Assembly: GCA_964636275.1 (NCBI GenBank)
Contig: CAZWRN010000002.1
Span: forward strand, 9,910 to 73,909
Reading direction: 5' to 3'
DNA: 64,000 nucleotides
Source of the DNA: an uncultured Gammaproteobacteria bacterium
Lineage (GTDB): Bacteria; Patescibacteriota; Microgenomatia; Daviesbacterales; UBA10151
Made by a program: the position numbers and the translations under genes
The notes under the pieces: model-generated
The model's database searches: none
The model's input: the letters and a program-made list of their open reading frames with translations, nothing else
What the model was told of the DNA's origin: nothing
Shown here: one piece after another, positions 19,297 through 29,193 of the stretch
How positions within the stretch are numbered: the first letter of the stretch is position 1
Layout of the letters: each line of letters starts with the position of its first letter

Positions 19297-19947
19297 TTAA
19301 TCCAACTGTAATATGTGCTGTAAAATGAGCTGGTGCTTCTTAAAATCCCTCACGATGTAATGAGCAATTTCTGGGATTTTTTGATCATTTGAAGTAAGTA
19401 AACCTATGGTATACATCCCCCCTCTTTTGCCCGCTTCTACTCCATGATAGGCATCTTCAAAAACGACACATTCTGATGGATTCATACCGAGCCGATTTGC
19501 AGCGGTGAGAAAAAGTTCGGGGTCGGGCTTTGGTTTTCTAAAATCATTTCCTGATACTATTGTATAAAAAAAATGATCAAGTTTAGTTTTATTTAAAACA
19601 AATGGTGCATTTTTACTCGATGAAGCCGCCGCGATATAAAATAAATTTTTACCTAAATTCTGTAAAAAAAGTTTAACTCCTGGTAACGGTTTGGGTGGTT
19701 TATGATCAACCATTTCTAAAAAGTAATTTTGCTTTATTTCAGCTAATCTATCAAGATCCTCATCACCCACATCGGTTAAAACATTTTTGATACCAATCGC
19801 TCTGGGGAGTCCATTTACTTTTTCCAGGTAATCTTCAAAGTTAAATAAAGCCCCAGCCTCCTGAAACATTTTTTGCCAGGCCAAAAAATGATAAGGAACT
19901 GTATCTACTAAAACACCATCGACATCAAAAATCACAGCTTTTTTCAT
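19297..19947 (-). CDS. Beta-phosphoglucomutase-like HAD hydrolase
   Basis: FDVDGVLVDT, HFLAW, SSSKNA, KPDP, FEDA..GVEA. Confidence 0.85.
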   Translation of the reverse strand: MKKAVIFDVDGVLVDTVPYHFLAWQKMFQEAGALFNFEDYLEKVNGLPRAIGIKNVLTDVGDEDLDRLAEIKQNYFLEMVDHKPPKPLPGVKLFLQNLGKNLFYIAAASSSKNAPFVLNKTKLDHFFYTIVSGNDFRKPKPDPELFLTAANRLGMNPSECVVFEDAYHGVEAGKRGGMYTIGLLTSNDQKIPEIAHYIVRDFKKHQLILQHILQLD

Positions 19948-19949
19948 AT

Positions 19950-21761
19950 TTAGGCGGCTATATGATGGGCTAATATAGGTCCGGCTGATGATTCACCGGC
20001 CATCACCATCGCTAATAGACCACTCTCGACATTCCCCCTGAGGGTGCTCAGTGCAATCTCTCTCAAGAAAGAGCCCGTCGCATAGGTTTTTATTCGTCTA
20101 AGGAAATCCGGATCTTTTAATACATGAGAGAACTCTTTAGACCTACCAGCAACATACTGATGGAGGTTATCAGCTACCTGACTAAATTCACCCTTCATCC
20201 TTATTCCCACGGCCCCTTCATAGACACCGATGCCATCCACCTGGATACTGGATGCCGTAGTTGATGATCGATGCTTCGACATTCGAACATAGCTTTCAGC
20301 TGGATCCCCCAACCCACTCCATTCAGCGTCTATCAATGACCAGTTATTTTTTTCAGTGTTGAAAATAATATTAGATCCCGTAGCATCACCATGAACGCCG
20401 ATCAGGTACTTAGGAGGCTGTTGTAACAGTTGATCAACAGATAGCATCATGTCGGCCAATGATGGTAATTTTCTTCCTCCCATACGGAGTGGTAAGTTTT
20501 GTAAGGCTGTTTCTGATACACCAAAATAATAAGCCATTTGTCTGATGGCTTCAGGGATCATCTGCTGGGTTTCGGCCCACTCTTTACGTTGCATTGATTT
20601 ATATACCTGTCCTTCAAATGGCTGTTTTGATTGCGTTGCCCACCACTGCTTTTTTATATCAAGGAGCTGCTGATAGATTGTCAGCGCCATATTTGAATCA
20701 ATATTTCCAGCTGCGAGTGCTTCCCGTAACGTTCTACCGCTTAAATGTGGTAATACTAGAAACCCTTTCTCTTCATCAAAGATATGCGGTTGTGGCATTT
20801 TTTCAGCTAAAGGCGTCTTGGATAAAAAGTGATAGCCCCTGATGTCATCTTTGACTCTGTCAGGCTGGGGAAAATTGTGTTTTACCACTACCTGTTTATC
20901 ACCGGTATCAACTAACGTGATATTACTTCCCGACATGCCTCCATGTTTCATTAAATTGGCCGATTTAATGGTCCCCGATATCCCGGCTGCTACTCCTATT
21001 TGGGCAGGTAAAATATGATCAATCCCATCTACAATATGCCCTGCCTGAGCATACAATTCTTGGTTGTAGTCAGCAGTCCTAAACAGAGTATTATCAAAAT
21101 CAAGCAACCATCCGGTTTTCCCTTTAGGTGTTTTTAGATCACGTATGTCCGATATACTTCCTATCGTCTGGGTATCCTGCAGGAAATCTTCAAGTGTCAT
21201 CCCACTAGGAGCTTTGTCTTTGTACACTCCGTATCTTGCCCAAATAACTGAGATATCCAGATCAGATGGTATTTTACCTTCAGCCTTAAGCTCCCTTAAG
21301 CGAGCTTTAACATCTTTTATGTTTCCGGCTTTGTCATCTACCACAACTACTTTTTCAACTCCTTTATCACGCATTCTATTGACGGTCTGATCGATATCAG
21401 TTACTTTATCCATCTGAGCCGTTACCGAAAAACGTCTTCTATCGGTATTGGAAAAAGCTCGCCTGGCACTACTTATCCCACTACCTGCTATTTTATAAAG
21501 CTGATTTAAGGGATGTCCCTGAGTCCAGACAGTTACCTGATCTCCTCGGTTCATAAGATCCTGGGCTGTAGCAATTGCACCAGCAAATAAATGGTCCGGA
21601 CGGCTGATCCGTCTGGCCGCATAGACAATTTCTTCTGGGTGGCTAAAGCCAGTTTTCTTTTGGATCTCAGCGGCTACTTTTACAAAGTCAGTACAACCAT
21701 TGAGTATCTCGCCTTCTCGATAGATCTGAGTGATCTGTCTTAATGTATCTGGAGATGCCAT
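19950..21761 (-). CDS. Fusion of circularly permuted HAD-like domain and APH/choline-kinase-like phosphotransferase
   Basis: WTQG, VVVVDDK, then LLDFDNTLF; C-terminal GGMSGS, VVVK, HGDATGSNI, LIDAE. Confidence 0.7.
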   Translation of the reverse strand: MASPDTLRQITQIYREGEILNGCTDFVKVAAEIQKKTGFSHPEEIVYAARRISRPDHLFAGAIATAQDLMNRGDQVTVWTQGHPLNQLYKIAGSGISSARRAFSNTDRRRFSVTAQMDKVTDIDQTVNRMRDKGVEKVVVVDDKAGNIKDVKARLRELKAEGKIPSDLDISVIWARYGVYKDKAPSGMTLEDFLQDTQTIGSISDIRDLKTPKGKTGWLLDFDNTLFRTADYNQELYAQAGHIVDGIDHILPAQIGVAAGISGTIKSANLMKHGGMSGSNITLVDTGDKQVVVKHNFPQPDRVKDDIRGYHFLSKTPLAEKMPQPHIFDEEKGFLVLPHLSGRTLREALAAGNIDSNMALTIYQQLLDIKKQWWATQSKQPFEGQVYKSMQRKEWAETQQMIPEAIRQMAYYFGVSETALQNLPLRMGGRKLPSLADMMLSVDQLLQQPPKYLIGVHGDATGSNIIFNTEKNNWSLIDAEWSGLGDPAESYVRMSKHRSSTTASSIQVDGIGVYEGAVGIRMKGEFSQVADNLHQYVAGRSKEFSHVLKDPDFLRRIKTYATGSFLREIALSTLRGNVESGLLAMVMAGESSAGPILAHHIAA

Positions 21762-21856
21762 ATTGAGTCTGAAAAACAGCTTAATCTTTTAACTCAACAG
21801 TTACTTGACGATATTTTTACAAAAAAAACACAAAATGGAGACAAAAATTGGACAAA

Positions 21857-23083
21857 TTAGTCGGATGTTACTGCATCAGGAAGTGAGATCTTATGTTTGT
21901 CGGTCGAAGTCTGATAAGGATAAAGCGTGGTTGCCAATGTTATTAAAGCTGCAAATATAAACACCATAACAAATGGTAATTTAAACCAAAAAAGTATACC
22001 TAATACAAAAAGAAAGGCTGCTCGAGGTGCCGACATACCGATCTCTCTCTGGAAAATATAGGCTACCAGATCTTCGTGTCTAGCTCTCCCATAGATCGTG
22101 GCATCCAGAGACACAACCACCCCGGAACGAGTCACAGCATAAATGGCTGACATTATGTAGACATGAATAGGGGCATAGATCATAGTTGTGATAACCCAAG
22201 CAATTGCATCCAGTGGCGCAAAAATATGGGTTATTCTTTTTGGGCCAAATTTATCAATAGCTAACCCTATCAAAAAAGTTACTGCCATCGAAAAAAAAGC
22301 GACTAGTGAACCGACAAATCCAACTCCAATAATTCCTGACATAATTGTTAAAATAAAAATCGGCAAAAAGATAACTGCAACCAAATCAGCAATACTGTCT
22401 GCACCCATAGCAACAAAACTTTTCCATTCTCTTCTTGGCGAAAGTGTCATTACCGTTTTTAAAAGATGAATTTCTATATTATTTTGCTGGCGTGGCAGAA
22501 ATCTTAAGGGAATTATAGCTACGATAACTAGTGCGGATAGAAAGACAAACAGATACTCAAAACCCCAAAAACTAATAATCAAACTCCCAAAAGCAGGTCC
22601 TCCAATAGATGCAATGGCTTGCAAGACGGCACTAATTGATAGCTCAGCTCCCTGCTTTTTGTCATCGCTGAGGTGACTAAAGTAGACATGATAAGCTGTC
22701 CAGTAGAGACCAATCGCCATTCCGCCAAAGATGGTTGAGATCGGTAAAAAGATGAAGTCATACTTTCCTAGTGAAAGTATGATGTAAAACATTACCAGCG
22801 ATATACTCCCCCAAAAAATTGCAAACTTGAGACCTTTTTTTGCAATCAGCCAGACAGTCGGTGCGATTGAAAGTGCGTCGAAGATATACACTAAACAAAG
22901 TATGAATGCCACAATACTCAGTGCCTGATGGTATTCAAAACCATGGTTACGAGCCAGTTGGAGGATATATATACCATTAAAAAGCTGGAACATCGAGACA
23001 GCAAAATATCGAATGATTGCATGCAGATAAAAAGCCCCTAAATATCGGAATTGTCTTTTATGAAGTAAAGACAGATGTAGCAT
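21857..23083 (-). CDS. MFS-type transporter
   Basis: About 12 TM helices, GLAIDKFGPKR loop motif. Confidence 0.8.
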   Translation of the reverse strand: MLHLSLLHKRQFRYLGAFYLHAIIRYFAVSMFQLFNGIYILQLARNHGFEYHQALSIVAFILCLVYIFDALSIAPTVWLIAKKGLKFAIFWGSISLVMFYIILSLGKYDFIFLPISTIFGGMAIGLYWTAYHVYFSHLSDDKKQGAELSISAVLQAIASIGGPAFGSLIISFWGFEYLFVFLSALVIVAIIPLRFLPRQQNNIEIHLLKTVMTLSPRREWKSFVAMGADSIADLVAVIFLPIFILTIMSGIIGVGFVGSLVAFFSMAVTFLIGLAIDKFGPKRITHIFAPLDAIAWVITTMIYAPIHVYIMSAIYAVTRSGVVVSLDATIYGRARHEDLVAYIFQREIGMSAPRAAFLFVLGILFWFKLPFVMVFIFAALITLATTLYPYQTSTDKHKISLPDAVTSD

Positions 23084-23218
23084 GCAATTAGTTTACAGTG
23101 CTTATGATGGTTGTAACAATAGACAGTTATCTGCTATCTGTGATCGGTTATCAGAAGATAGTATGCCGGGTTTCAGTTGGCCTGTTTTAACTGATTTACT
23201 GAAAACCGATAACCGACT

Positions 23219-23848
23219 TTATTCCATGGTTTTTTCAGGACCTTGGTTGATATGGCCTTGAATGAATTCTTCTATTTTGTCTTTATCAAAATCGTTCAGT
23301 TTTTCCATATGTCGCCAGGCTGTCAGAGCTATCATACTATCCAAATTGGGTCTTGGTACAACTAGCAGTCTGACCTGGCCTTTAGCGTTATAAACATCAG
23401 TTAAGTTATTCACCAGTTGTTTGCACTGATCAGATTTGAAATTGTCAGACAAAGTTGCCGCAGCAGAAGCGATTTGCTCAGCTGATTCAGTTGCCAGTTC
23501 CATTGGTCTGCCACTTGTCTGGGCATATGCAGTTGGGATGAGATTAAATCCGGTTGATTGGACATCACAGTTATAATGCAAGATGACATAACCATGTTCC
23601 AAAGAGTGGACAAGATTGCGGTCATCTTTAGGAGTATCGTAGACTCCCCATTTGGTCCACTGAGCATAATGATTGCCAGAGGTAGGCGGATTTGTCCCAT
23701 ACTGAACTTCCGTACCGATCTGCACGTGCTCTCTTCCCTCATCAGCCAGCTGAGTACCTGGTTTTGGCTTAGACTCATTGAACACCCAATAACCCAAAAT
23801 AACTAAAGAGACTAAAACAATAATTATGATTAATCTTTTTTCATTCAT
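23219..23848 (-). CDS. DUF3105 family protein
   Basis: PPTSGNH, VHSLEHG, IALTAW, GPE. Confidence 0.85.
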   Translation of the reverse strand: MNEKRLIIIIVLVSLVILGYWVFNESKPKPGTQLADEGREHVQIGTEVQYGTNPPTSGNHYAQWTKWGVYDTPKDDRNLVHSLEHGYVILHYNCDVQSTGFNLIPTAYAQTSGRPMELATESAEQIASAAATLSDNFKSDQCKQLVNNLTDVYNAKGQVRLLVVPRPNLDSMIALTAWRHMEKLNDFDKDKIEEFIQGHINQGPEKTME

Positions 23849-23901
23849 TAGCTTGAGGGATATAATATAGTATTATTAAAATAAAGTCGAGAGCTACCCC
23901 A

Positions 23902-24489
23902 TTAAAATCCACGTTCGTTGAACTGATTTTGCGCTTTCTCTAATCCTTCTTGCAGCCATACATCCAATGCCTGAACACATTTTTTAAGTAGAGCTTTTTT
24001 AGCAGATGTTTCTCCTGGGACAAAGTAATCAATTACAAATTTTTCAGCCTGAAAATCGATCTGTTTGCGTTCACCTGAAAAAGATTTTTGATTGCCGATG
24101 CCTAGACGGAAACGAACAAACTGATCAGATTTCAGATGTTCAATAACAGATTCGACCCCATGATGACCAGCAGCCGATCCGCCCAAACGGATTTTAATAT
24201 GACCCAATATAATATCAAGTTCATCATGAATGATAACTACATTTTTGGGAGGAATTTTGTAAAAATTTGTAATCTTGGCAACAGAAATGCCAGACAGATT
24301 CATATAAGTCTGCGGTTTGGCTAAAACAATATCGCCAGTTTGGATCATTTCAGCTTTGAATTTTTTCTCGAGAGTAAACTCACCAAACGCTCTTTTATGA
24401 GCAAAATAGTCTAGAGCTTCAAACCCAAGATTATGACGAGTATTTGCGTATTTTTCACCGGGATTTCCTAGTCCAACTATTAGAAACAT
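23902..24489 (-). CDS. pth: Peptidyl-tRNA hydrolase
   Basis: LIVGLGNPG, TRHNLG, KPQTYMNLSG, HDELD, GHHG. Confidence 0.96.
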   Translation of the reverse strand: MFLIVGLGNPGEKYANTRHNLGFEALDYFAHKRAFGEFTLEKKFKAEMIQTGDIVLAKPQTYMNLSGISVAKITNFYKIPPKNVVIIHDELDIILGHIKIRLGGSAAGHHGVESVIEHLKSDQFVRFRLGIGNQKSFSGERKQIDFQAEKFVIDYFVPGETSAKKALLKKCVQALDVWLQEGLEKAQNQFNERGF

Positions 24490-24503
24490 ACCAAGATTAT
24501 ACA

Positions 24504-25124
24504 CTACAGCAGCAAGAGCAGTTCTTTTAGTGAATGAATTGTAAAAGCTTTTGGGTGTTTGGAATCATCTTTTCGATTTAACCAAATTACTGTCAGGTCA
24601 GAACGTTTCAGTAATATTTCAATTACTTCTGGATTGTCATCTACGATGACTGCCTCCTTTGGAGTCAAATCTAAAACACGCTTAGTCCGTTTATTGAAAA
24701 AAATATAGAGATGTTGTTCATTGAAATGATGAACTATCTTGCCATGTTTAAGTTTCCTGGTTTGCAAATCTTTATACCCTTCGGTAAATACTCCTAATAC
24801 ATTGTTTTGTCCAATTTTTTCCAGCACTTCTTTAGCTTCCTTATAGAGTGAATTTTCAAAATGTTTTTTTTGATAATAAGCCGTTTGCAAAATTTTTTTA
24901 TCCAAGCCAAGCTCCTCTGCCATATGTTGGGCCATTTTTTTGGGATGAAAAAAGGTTCGTTTCTTTAAAGTAAGATCATATTTTTTTCTGGATTCATCTA
25001 TCTGATTCTCATCTAGTGAAACTTTTTCCAGTAAATGCTTTTTAAACAATGTTCGAAACTCTTCTGTGCTATGAAGTGTTTTATCGACATCAAACAATAT
25101 TATTTGATGAGGCTTAATTTTCAT
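24504..25124 (-). CDS. HAD-superfamily hydrolase
   Basis: LFDVDKTL, FTEG, IVDDNP. Confidence 0.8.
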   Translation of the reverse strand: MKIKPHQIILFDVDKTLHSTEEFRTLFKKHLLEKVSLDENQIDESRKKYDLTLKKRTFFHPKKMAQHMAEELGLDKKILQTAYYQKKHFENSLYKEAKEVLEKIGQNNVLGVFTEGYKDLQTRKLKHGKIVHHFNEQHLYIFFNKRTKRVLDLTPKEAVIVDDNPEVIEILLKRSDLTVIWLNRKDDSKHPKAFTIHSLKELLLLL

Positions 25125-25590
25125 TGGCTGCTTTCTCCAAAGCTTTGATGGCATAAAATTTTACCGCATTAGTGATTCGATATTGTGGATCTTCTAACTC
25201 TGATATAGAAAACCAACGGATTCCATTATGTTCTAGTTCGGCTAATTTTAAACGATCAGTTTTGGATCTGACGAAATACATATTTCCAACATGTTTATGG
25301 GTCTCTCCAATGTCATGAATATCGACATATTCAGGACGATATAAAAACTTAGTTCCTTTTTGATCAACCCCTTCAACTTTTTCAGCCAAAATCTCAATAT
25401 CATCAGCTGTTAATCCCGACTCCTCTTCAATTTCTCTGAATAAAGCTTGGTCGGGATCTTCACCCGGATCAATATGCCCGCCGATGGGTAACCATCTCTT
25501 CAGTTTAATATGATCGACAAGCAAAACTTTGTTATTAAAAACAATAAATGCACCAACTGTGAAATCAACTAATTCATTTATATGTGCCAT
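25114..25590 (-). CDS. Nudix hydrolase
   Basis: GGHIDPGEDPDQALFREIEEESGL canonical Nudix box. Confidence 0.9.
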   Translation of the reverse strand: MAHINELVDFTVGAFIVFNNKVLLVDHIKLKRWLPIGGHIDPGEDPDQALFREIEEESGLTADDIEILAEKVEGVDQKGTKFLYRPEYVDIHDIGETHKHVGNMYFVRSKTDRLKLAELEHNGIRWFSISELEDPQYRITNAVKFYAIKALEKAANEN

Positions 25591-25667
25591 ATATAAAAAA
25601 TTCTAAATCCGAATTCCGAAACTCTAAGCAATATTAAATGTTTAAAATCGAAAATTCAGAAATCTTT

Positions 25668-26336
25668 CTAAAATCCAGATTGTTCTTGTTCTTGAATCAG
25701 ATCAAGTAACAATTTTTCTCTAAAATTAAATTCTTCTTTACTTGTTTGGTCAAGTGTTCCCGCCCTCATATCAGCCAACGTCTGAACTAGTAATTCTGGA
25801 TAAAGTGACCCTACTTTATGCTTACATTGATTAATGGTTGCAGTACGTCCTTTACCATTATAGATGGCTTCTACTGCTTGATGGACAAAATCATGTTCAG
25901 TTATAAACTGGCAGACATAATGGATTTCTGCTTTTGAAAATCCTACTTCATCCAGAATAGGCTTTACTGCAATACCACCTGCCATCTCATGCCCTATATA
26001 TGAAGTCTTTTTGAGCATGTTACCTGTTTTAAAAGGGTCGTAAATCTCCGAGGTTTCATTTTTTATCCCTATTACATTCTTGCCTATATCATGGAGTAAA
26101 CCAACCAGTTTAAGTAAATCTTTCTTTGTGTTTTGCTCAATCTTTTGGTTTAAATAAGCCAGATAGTTTTCTCCCAGAGTATCAATAATCTTCTTTACCT
26201 CTTCTTTAGTTTTAAGCAGATGATCGCTCAATGGTTGCGCCACATGCCAATTACTATTTTCGATTTGTTTATCGCAATTTATTAATACTTTTTTTAAAGC
26301 CGGATGAGGTTGCTCAATAATTTCTTCAATATTCAT
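25668..26336 (-). CDS. HD domain protein
   Basis: H...LLHDIGK...GHE...HD...AD pattern. Confidence 0.8.
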   Translation of the reverse strand: MNIEEIIEQPHPALKKVLINCDKQIENSNWHVAQPLSDHLLKTKEEVKKIIDTLGENYLAYLNQKIEQNTKKDLLKLVGLLHDIGKNVIGIKNETSEIYDPFKTGNMLKKTSYIGHEMAGGIAVKPILDEVGFSKAEIHYVCQFITEHDFVHQAVEAIYNGKGRTATINQCKHKVGSLYPELLVQTLADMRAGTLDQTSKEEFNFREKLLLDLIQEQEQSGF

Positions 26337-27604
26337 TAAAATAATCCTTCCTGTTCTAAACTTTTAGCTGCTTCATTCTCATCAAAGATTTTAACAATTC
26401 CATAGGTGTTATCATAGCCTGGTTGAATTTTGAGCTGTCCTTCTCGTACTCGTTTGACTCCTTCAGCCACTCGCTCACCGGCTATCATTTCTATCAAAGG
26501 GATTTGAACTTTGGTTAAGATCTTTAACTCGGAGTCCAACTCGGTAACTAGTTTTTCATAGGCTGTTTTAACTTTCTGAGTTTTCACCGCCACCCCTAGA
26601 CTTTCGGCTAAGATCTCCTCTAACTGTACTAACATCCGAAATCCAGCTCGATCAGGAAACATTTTTGATTTTAATACACCATTTTCTTTGTAGAGTTCTA
26701 ACTCTTTTTCAGATCTTTTGGCTAGCTCCTCTACTCTCTGCATCACTCCAATGGTCAGCCTTTTTTTGCAGACCGGACAGATCTCCCCATTGGCTTTTAA
26801 CTGCTCAGGATCCATTACTATCCCACAATTGCGATGGCCGGAATAATGATACTTACCTTCTTCTGGGAAAAATTCAATTGACCCAATAATATCCTGGGTC
26901 TGCAAAGCTTTTGACAAATTTTTAAAACCTATCTTCCCATTGATCAAAGTCACTTCCCTACCCAATCTGGGCAAAGAGTGGAGATCCGAAAATGAAACAA
27001 TTGATTTGCTATCTAGCTCTGGCACCCGCCAATTCATAGCAGGTTCACTAGACAGACCAGTTTCCACTGCATAAATTTTTTCAGAAAACTCACCAAAACA
27101 ATCAGTCAAAAGATCATAACCAGAGTTTGATCCATATAAAGAATACCAAGGTGTCCAAATGTGGGCAGGAATGATCAAGATATCTGGATCTACCCCAAAT
27201 AAAATACTGCACAGCATTTTTGTTGTCATTCCCAAAATAGGCCGGCCATCTGAAGCCAATTTAGCCCCTCTGTGTTTTAAAACTTCACCGACTTTATTTG
27301 CTGCATCCAACGAAGGATAGATCGCAATCAAATGTATTCGTCTAGTCTTCCCTCCTTCAGAATATATGCAAGAGATTTCTCCTGATACGACAAACTTGGT
27401 TTCGCCATTTTGGTAAATGCCCCCTCCGATATCCTGTAAATGGGTTTTTAGCTCCTGCTGCCACATCGGGTGGAGAGCATCACCTGTTCCAAGTAGGTCT
27501 ATACCTTTCCAAACAGCCCATTTAGCTAGATTTGAGATGGTGAGATCATAGGAACAAGCGCCTGAATACTTGGAGTGAATGTGAAGATCTGCTACATAAG
27601 CCAT
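26336..27604 (-). CDS. PHP-domain endonuclease Q-like protein
   Basis: ADLHIHSKYS, GTGD, PAHIWTPW, ETGLS, SDLHS, GKYHYSGHRNC, CPVC, PGYD. Confidence 0.85.
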   Translation of the reverse strand: MAYVADLHIHSKYSGACSYDLTISNLAKWAVWKGIDLLGTGDALHPMWQQELKTHLQDIGGGIYQNGETKFVVSGEISCIYSEGGKTRRIHLIAIYPSLDAANKVGEVLKHRGAKLASDGRPILGMTTKMLCSILFGVDPDILIIPAHIWTPWYSLYGSNSGYDLLTDCFGEFSEKIYAVETGLSSEPAMNWRVPELDSKSIVSFSDLHSLPRLGREVTLINGKIGFKNLSKALQTQDIIGSIEFFPEEGKYHYSGHRNCGIVMDPEQLKANGEICPVCKKRLTIGVMQRVEELAKRSEKELELYKENGVLKSKMFPDRAGFRMLVQLEEILAESLGVAVKTQKVKTAYEKLVTELDSELKILTKVQIPLIEMIAGERVAEGVKRVREGQLKIQPGYDNTYGIVKIFDENEAAKSLEQEGLF

Positions 27605-27658
27605 TTGCTGGATTGTAACTTTCTACTATATTTGCTTCAAGTGTTTTAATATTAGACT

Positions 27659-28051
27659 ATGTTTCCAATTCCAGAAAAAATGCCAAATTTTCATCATTAT
27701 AGTATGAAAAATATTCCTACTGAGCATATATACCCTTCGCGCCGTCTGGTAGACACCGTTCAACAACTTCTGGAGAGTACTGGACATAGACTTCGCTCAA
27801 CTTTAACAACCAGTACAAACCCGGAGAATATTTCCCTAGCAGGAATTATGGAAATCGGTACCTTAACAGGCCGGTTTGTACCACATGCCAAAACAGGAGA
27901 ATTAACCATAGTTCAGTCTGAATTACCATTTTCTCCACATCAATTTTTACAGGCAATATCCGAACACTTTGCTACCATCTCTGTTTTTTATTCTCCTTTA
28001 GTAAGGAGACGATCTGGTGTTATGGTGCCCGATTTTTCTCAGATTTTTTGA
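27659..28051 (+). CDS. Hypothetical protein
   Basis: Open ORF coupled to tatD; no motif recognised. Confidence 0.5.
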   Translation: MFPIPEKMPNFHHYSMKNIPTEHIYPSRRLVDTVQQLLESTGHRLRSTLTTSTNPENISLAGIMEIGTLTGRFVPHAKTGELTIVQSELPFSPHQFLQAISEHFATISVFYSPLVRRRSGVMVPDFSQIF

Positions 28052-28875
28052 TGAAATATATTGATACTCATTCTCATATTCAATTCAAAACGTTTGATCA
28101 GGACCGAGACCAGATAGTTCAACAGGCAACAGAGGCGGGCGTTGAATCAATAATGGCAGTTGGCACCAGTCTGGAATCATCCCAAAGAGCAGTTAAAGTT
28201 GCTGAAAAATATCCGTCAGTCTATGCAGCTGTCGGTATTCATCCCCACCATGTATTTAGCTATCAGCTCTCAGCAATCAGCTATCAGCAAGAAATGAAAG
28301 AAGTAGAAATATTATTAAAAAATCAAAAAGTAATTGCAATTGGTGAAACTGGTATCGATACTCATTTGTATCCTCAGACCAAATATCAAAATTATCAGAT
28401 CACTCCCTCATTTTTGGCATTGCAAAAGGAAATTTTTGCTTTACAAATTAAACTTGCAGTCAAATATCAAAAAACCTTAATCATTCACAACCGAGGTATG
28501 GCAGATAGATTGCTTGAAATCCTGGAAGAAAATTGGGATCCATTTTTATCTGGACGATCAGTTTTTCATTGTTGTGAACCGAGTAGAAAAATACTCGATT
28601 TTGCTAAGAAAAACTGGGTTTTTATTGGTGTTGATGGTGATGTGACTTATGACAAAGATAAGCAAAGTTTTATCAAAGAAGTCCCATTAGAACTATTAGT
28701 TTTGGAAACAGATTCCCCTTTTTTTGTTCCAGAACCTTTGAGAGCCCAGGGAATTACCAGAAATACTCCAGCAAATATCACTCAAATATCAACCTTTCTT
28801 GACAATTTTATAGGTCAAAATGTCCAAATAATGTCAAGAAACAACGCCCAGTCTCTGTTTAAATTACCCTCATGA
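28051..28875 (+). CDS. tatD: TatD family nuclease
   Basis: IDTHSH, GIHPH, IGETGID, IIHNR, VFHC, LETDSPF. Confidence 0.93.
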   Translation: MKYIDTHSHIQFKTFDQDRDQIVQQATEAGVESIMAVGTSLESSQRAVKVAEKYPSVYAAVGIHPHHVFSYQLSAISYQQEMKEVEILLKNQKVIAIGETGIDTHLYPQTKYQNYQITPSFLALQKEIFALQIKLAVKYQKTLIIHNRGMADRLLEILEENWDPFLSGRSVFHCCEPSRKILDFAKKNWVFIGVDGDVTYDKDKQSFIKEVPLELLVLETDSPFFVPEPLRAQGITRNTPANITQISTFLDNFIGQNVQIMSRNNAQSLFKLPS

Positions 28876-29186
28876 GTATGGTGCCTCAAGAACAAAGAGC
28901 TGGTCTTGGTGTTGAAATATATGGAACTGGACCAAAAGTTACTGCAACTTTTTATGCTGAAAGGGGTAGTTCTTTCACAGAATTACATCGAATTCCGACT
29001 ATTGACGGAAAAATTGAAAACCATGGCACGACTGAGTTGACAAAAGGAGTAACAGGTCCTGAACTTGTTTGGAGAACTGAGATAGCATCTCGAGCTGTAA
29101 TTGGCTCCCTTCTCAGGGGATATGTTGAGGCAAATGGCTGGAAAGGAACCCCTGAAGCCCTGCACAGAATTCAGACCCTTGGCTAG
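28872..29186 (+). CDS. Hypothetical protein
   Basis: ATGA overlap with the tatD stop. Confidence 0.5.
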   Translation: MSMVPQEQRAGLGVEIYGTGPKVTATFYAERGSSFTELHRIPTIDGKIENHGTTELTKGVTGPELVWRTEIASRAVIGSLLRGYVEANGWKGTPEALHRIQTLG

Positions 29187-29193
29187 CATTAAT

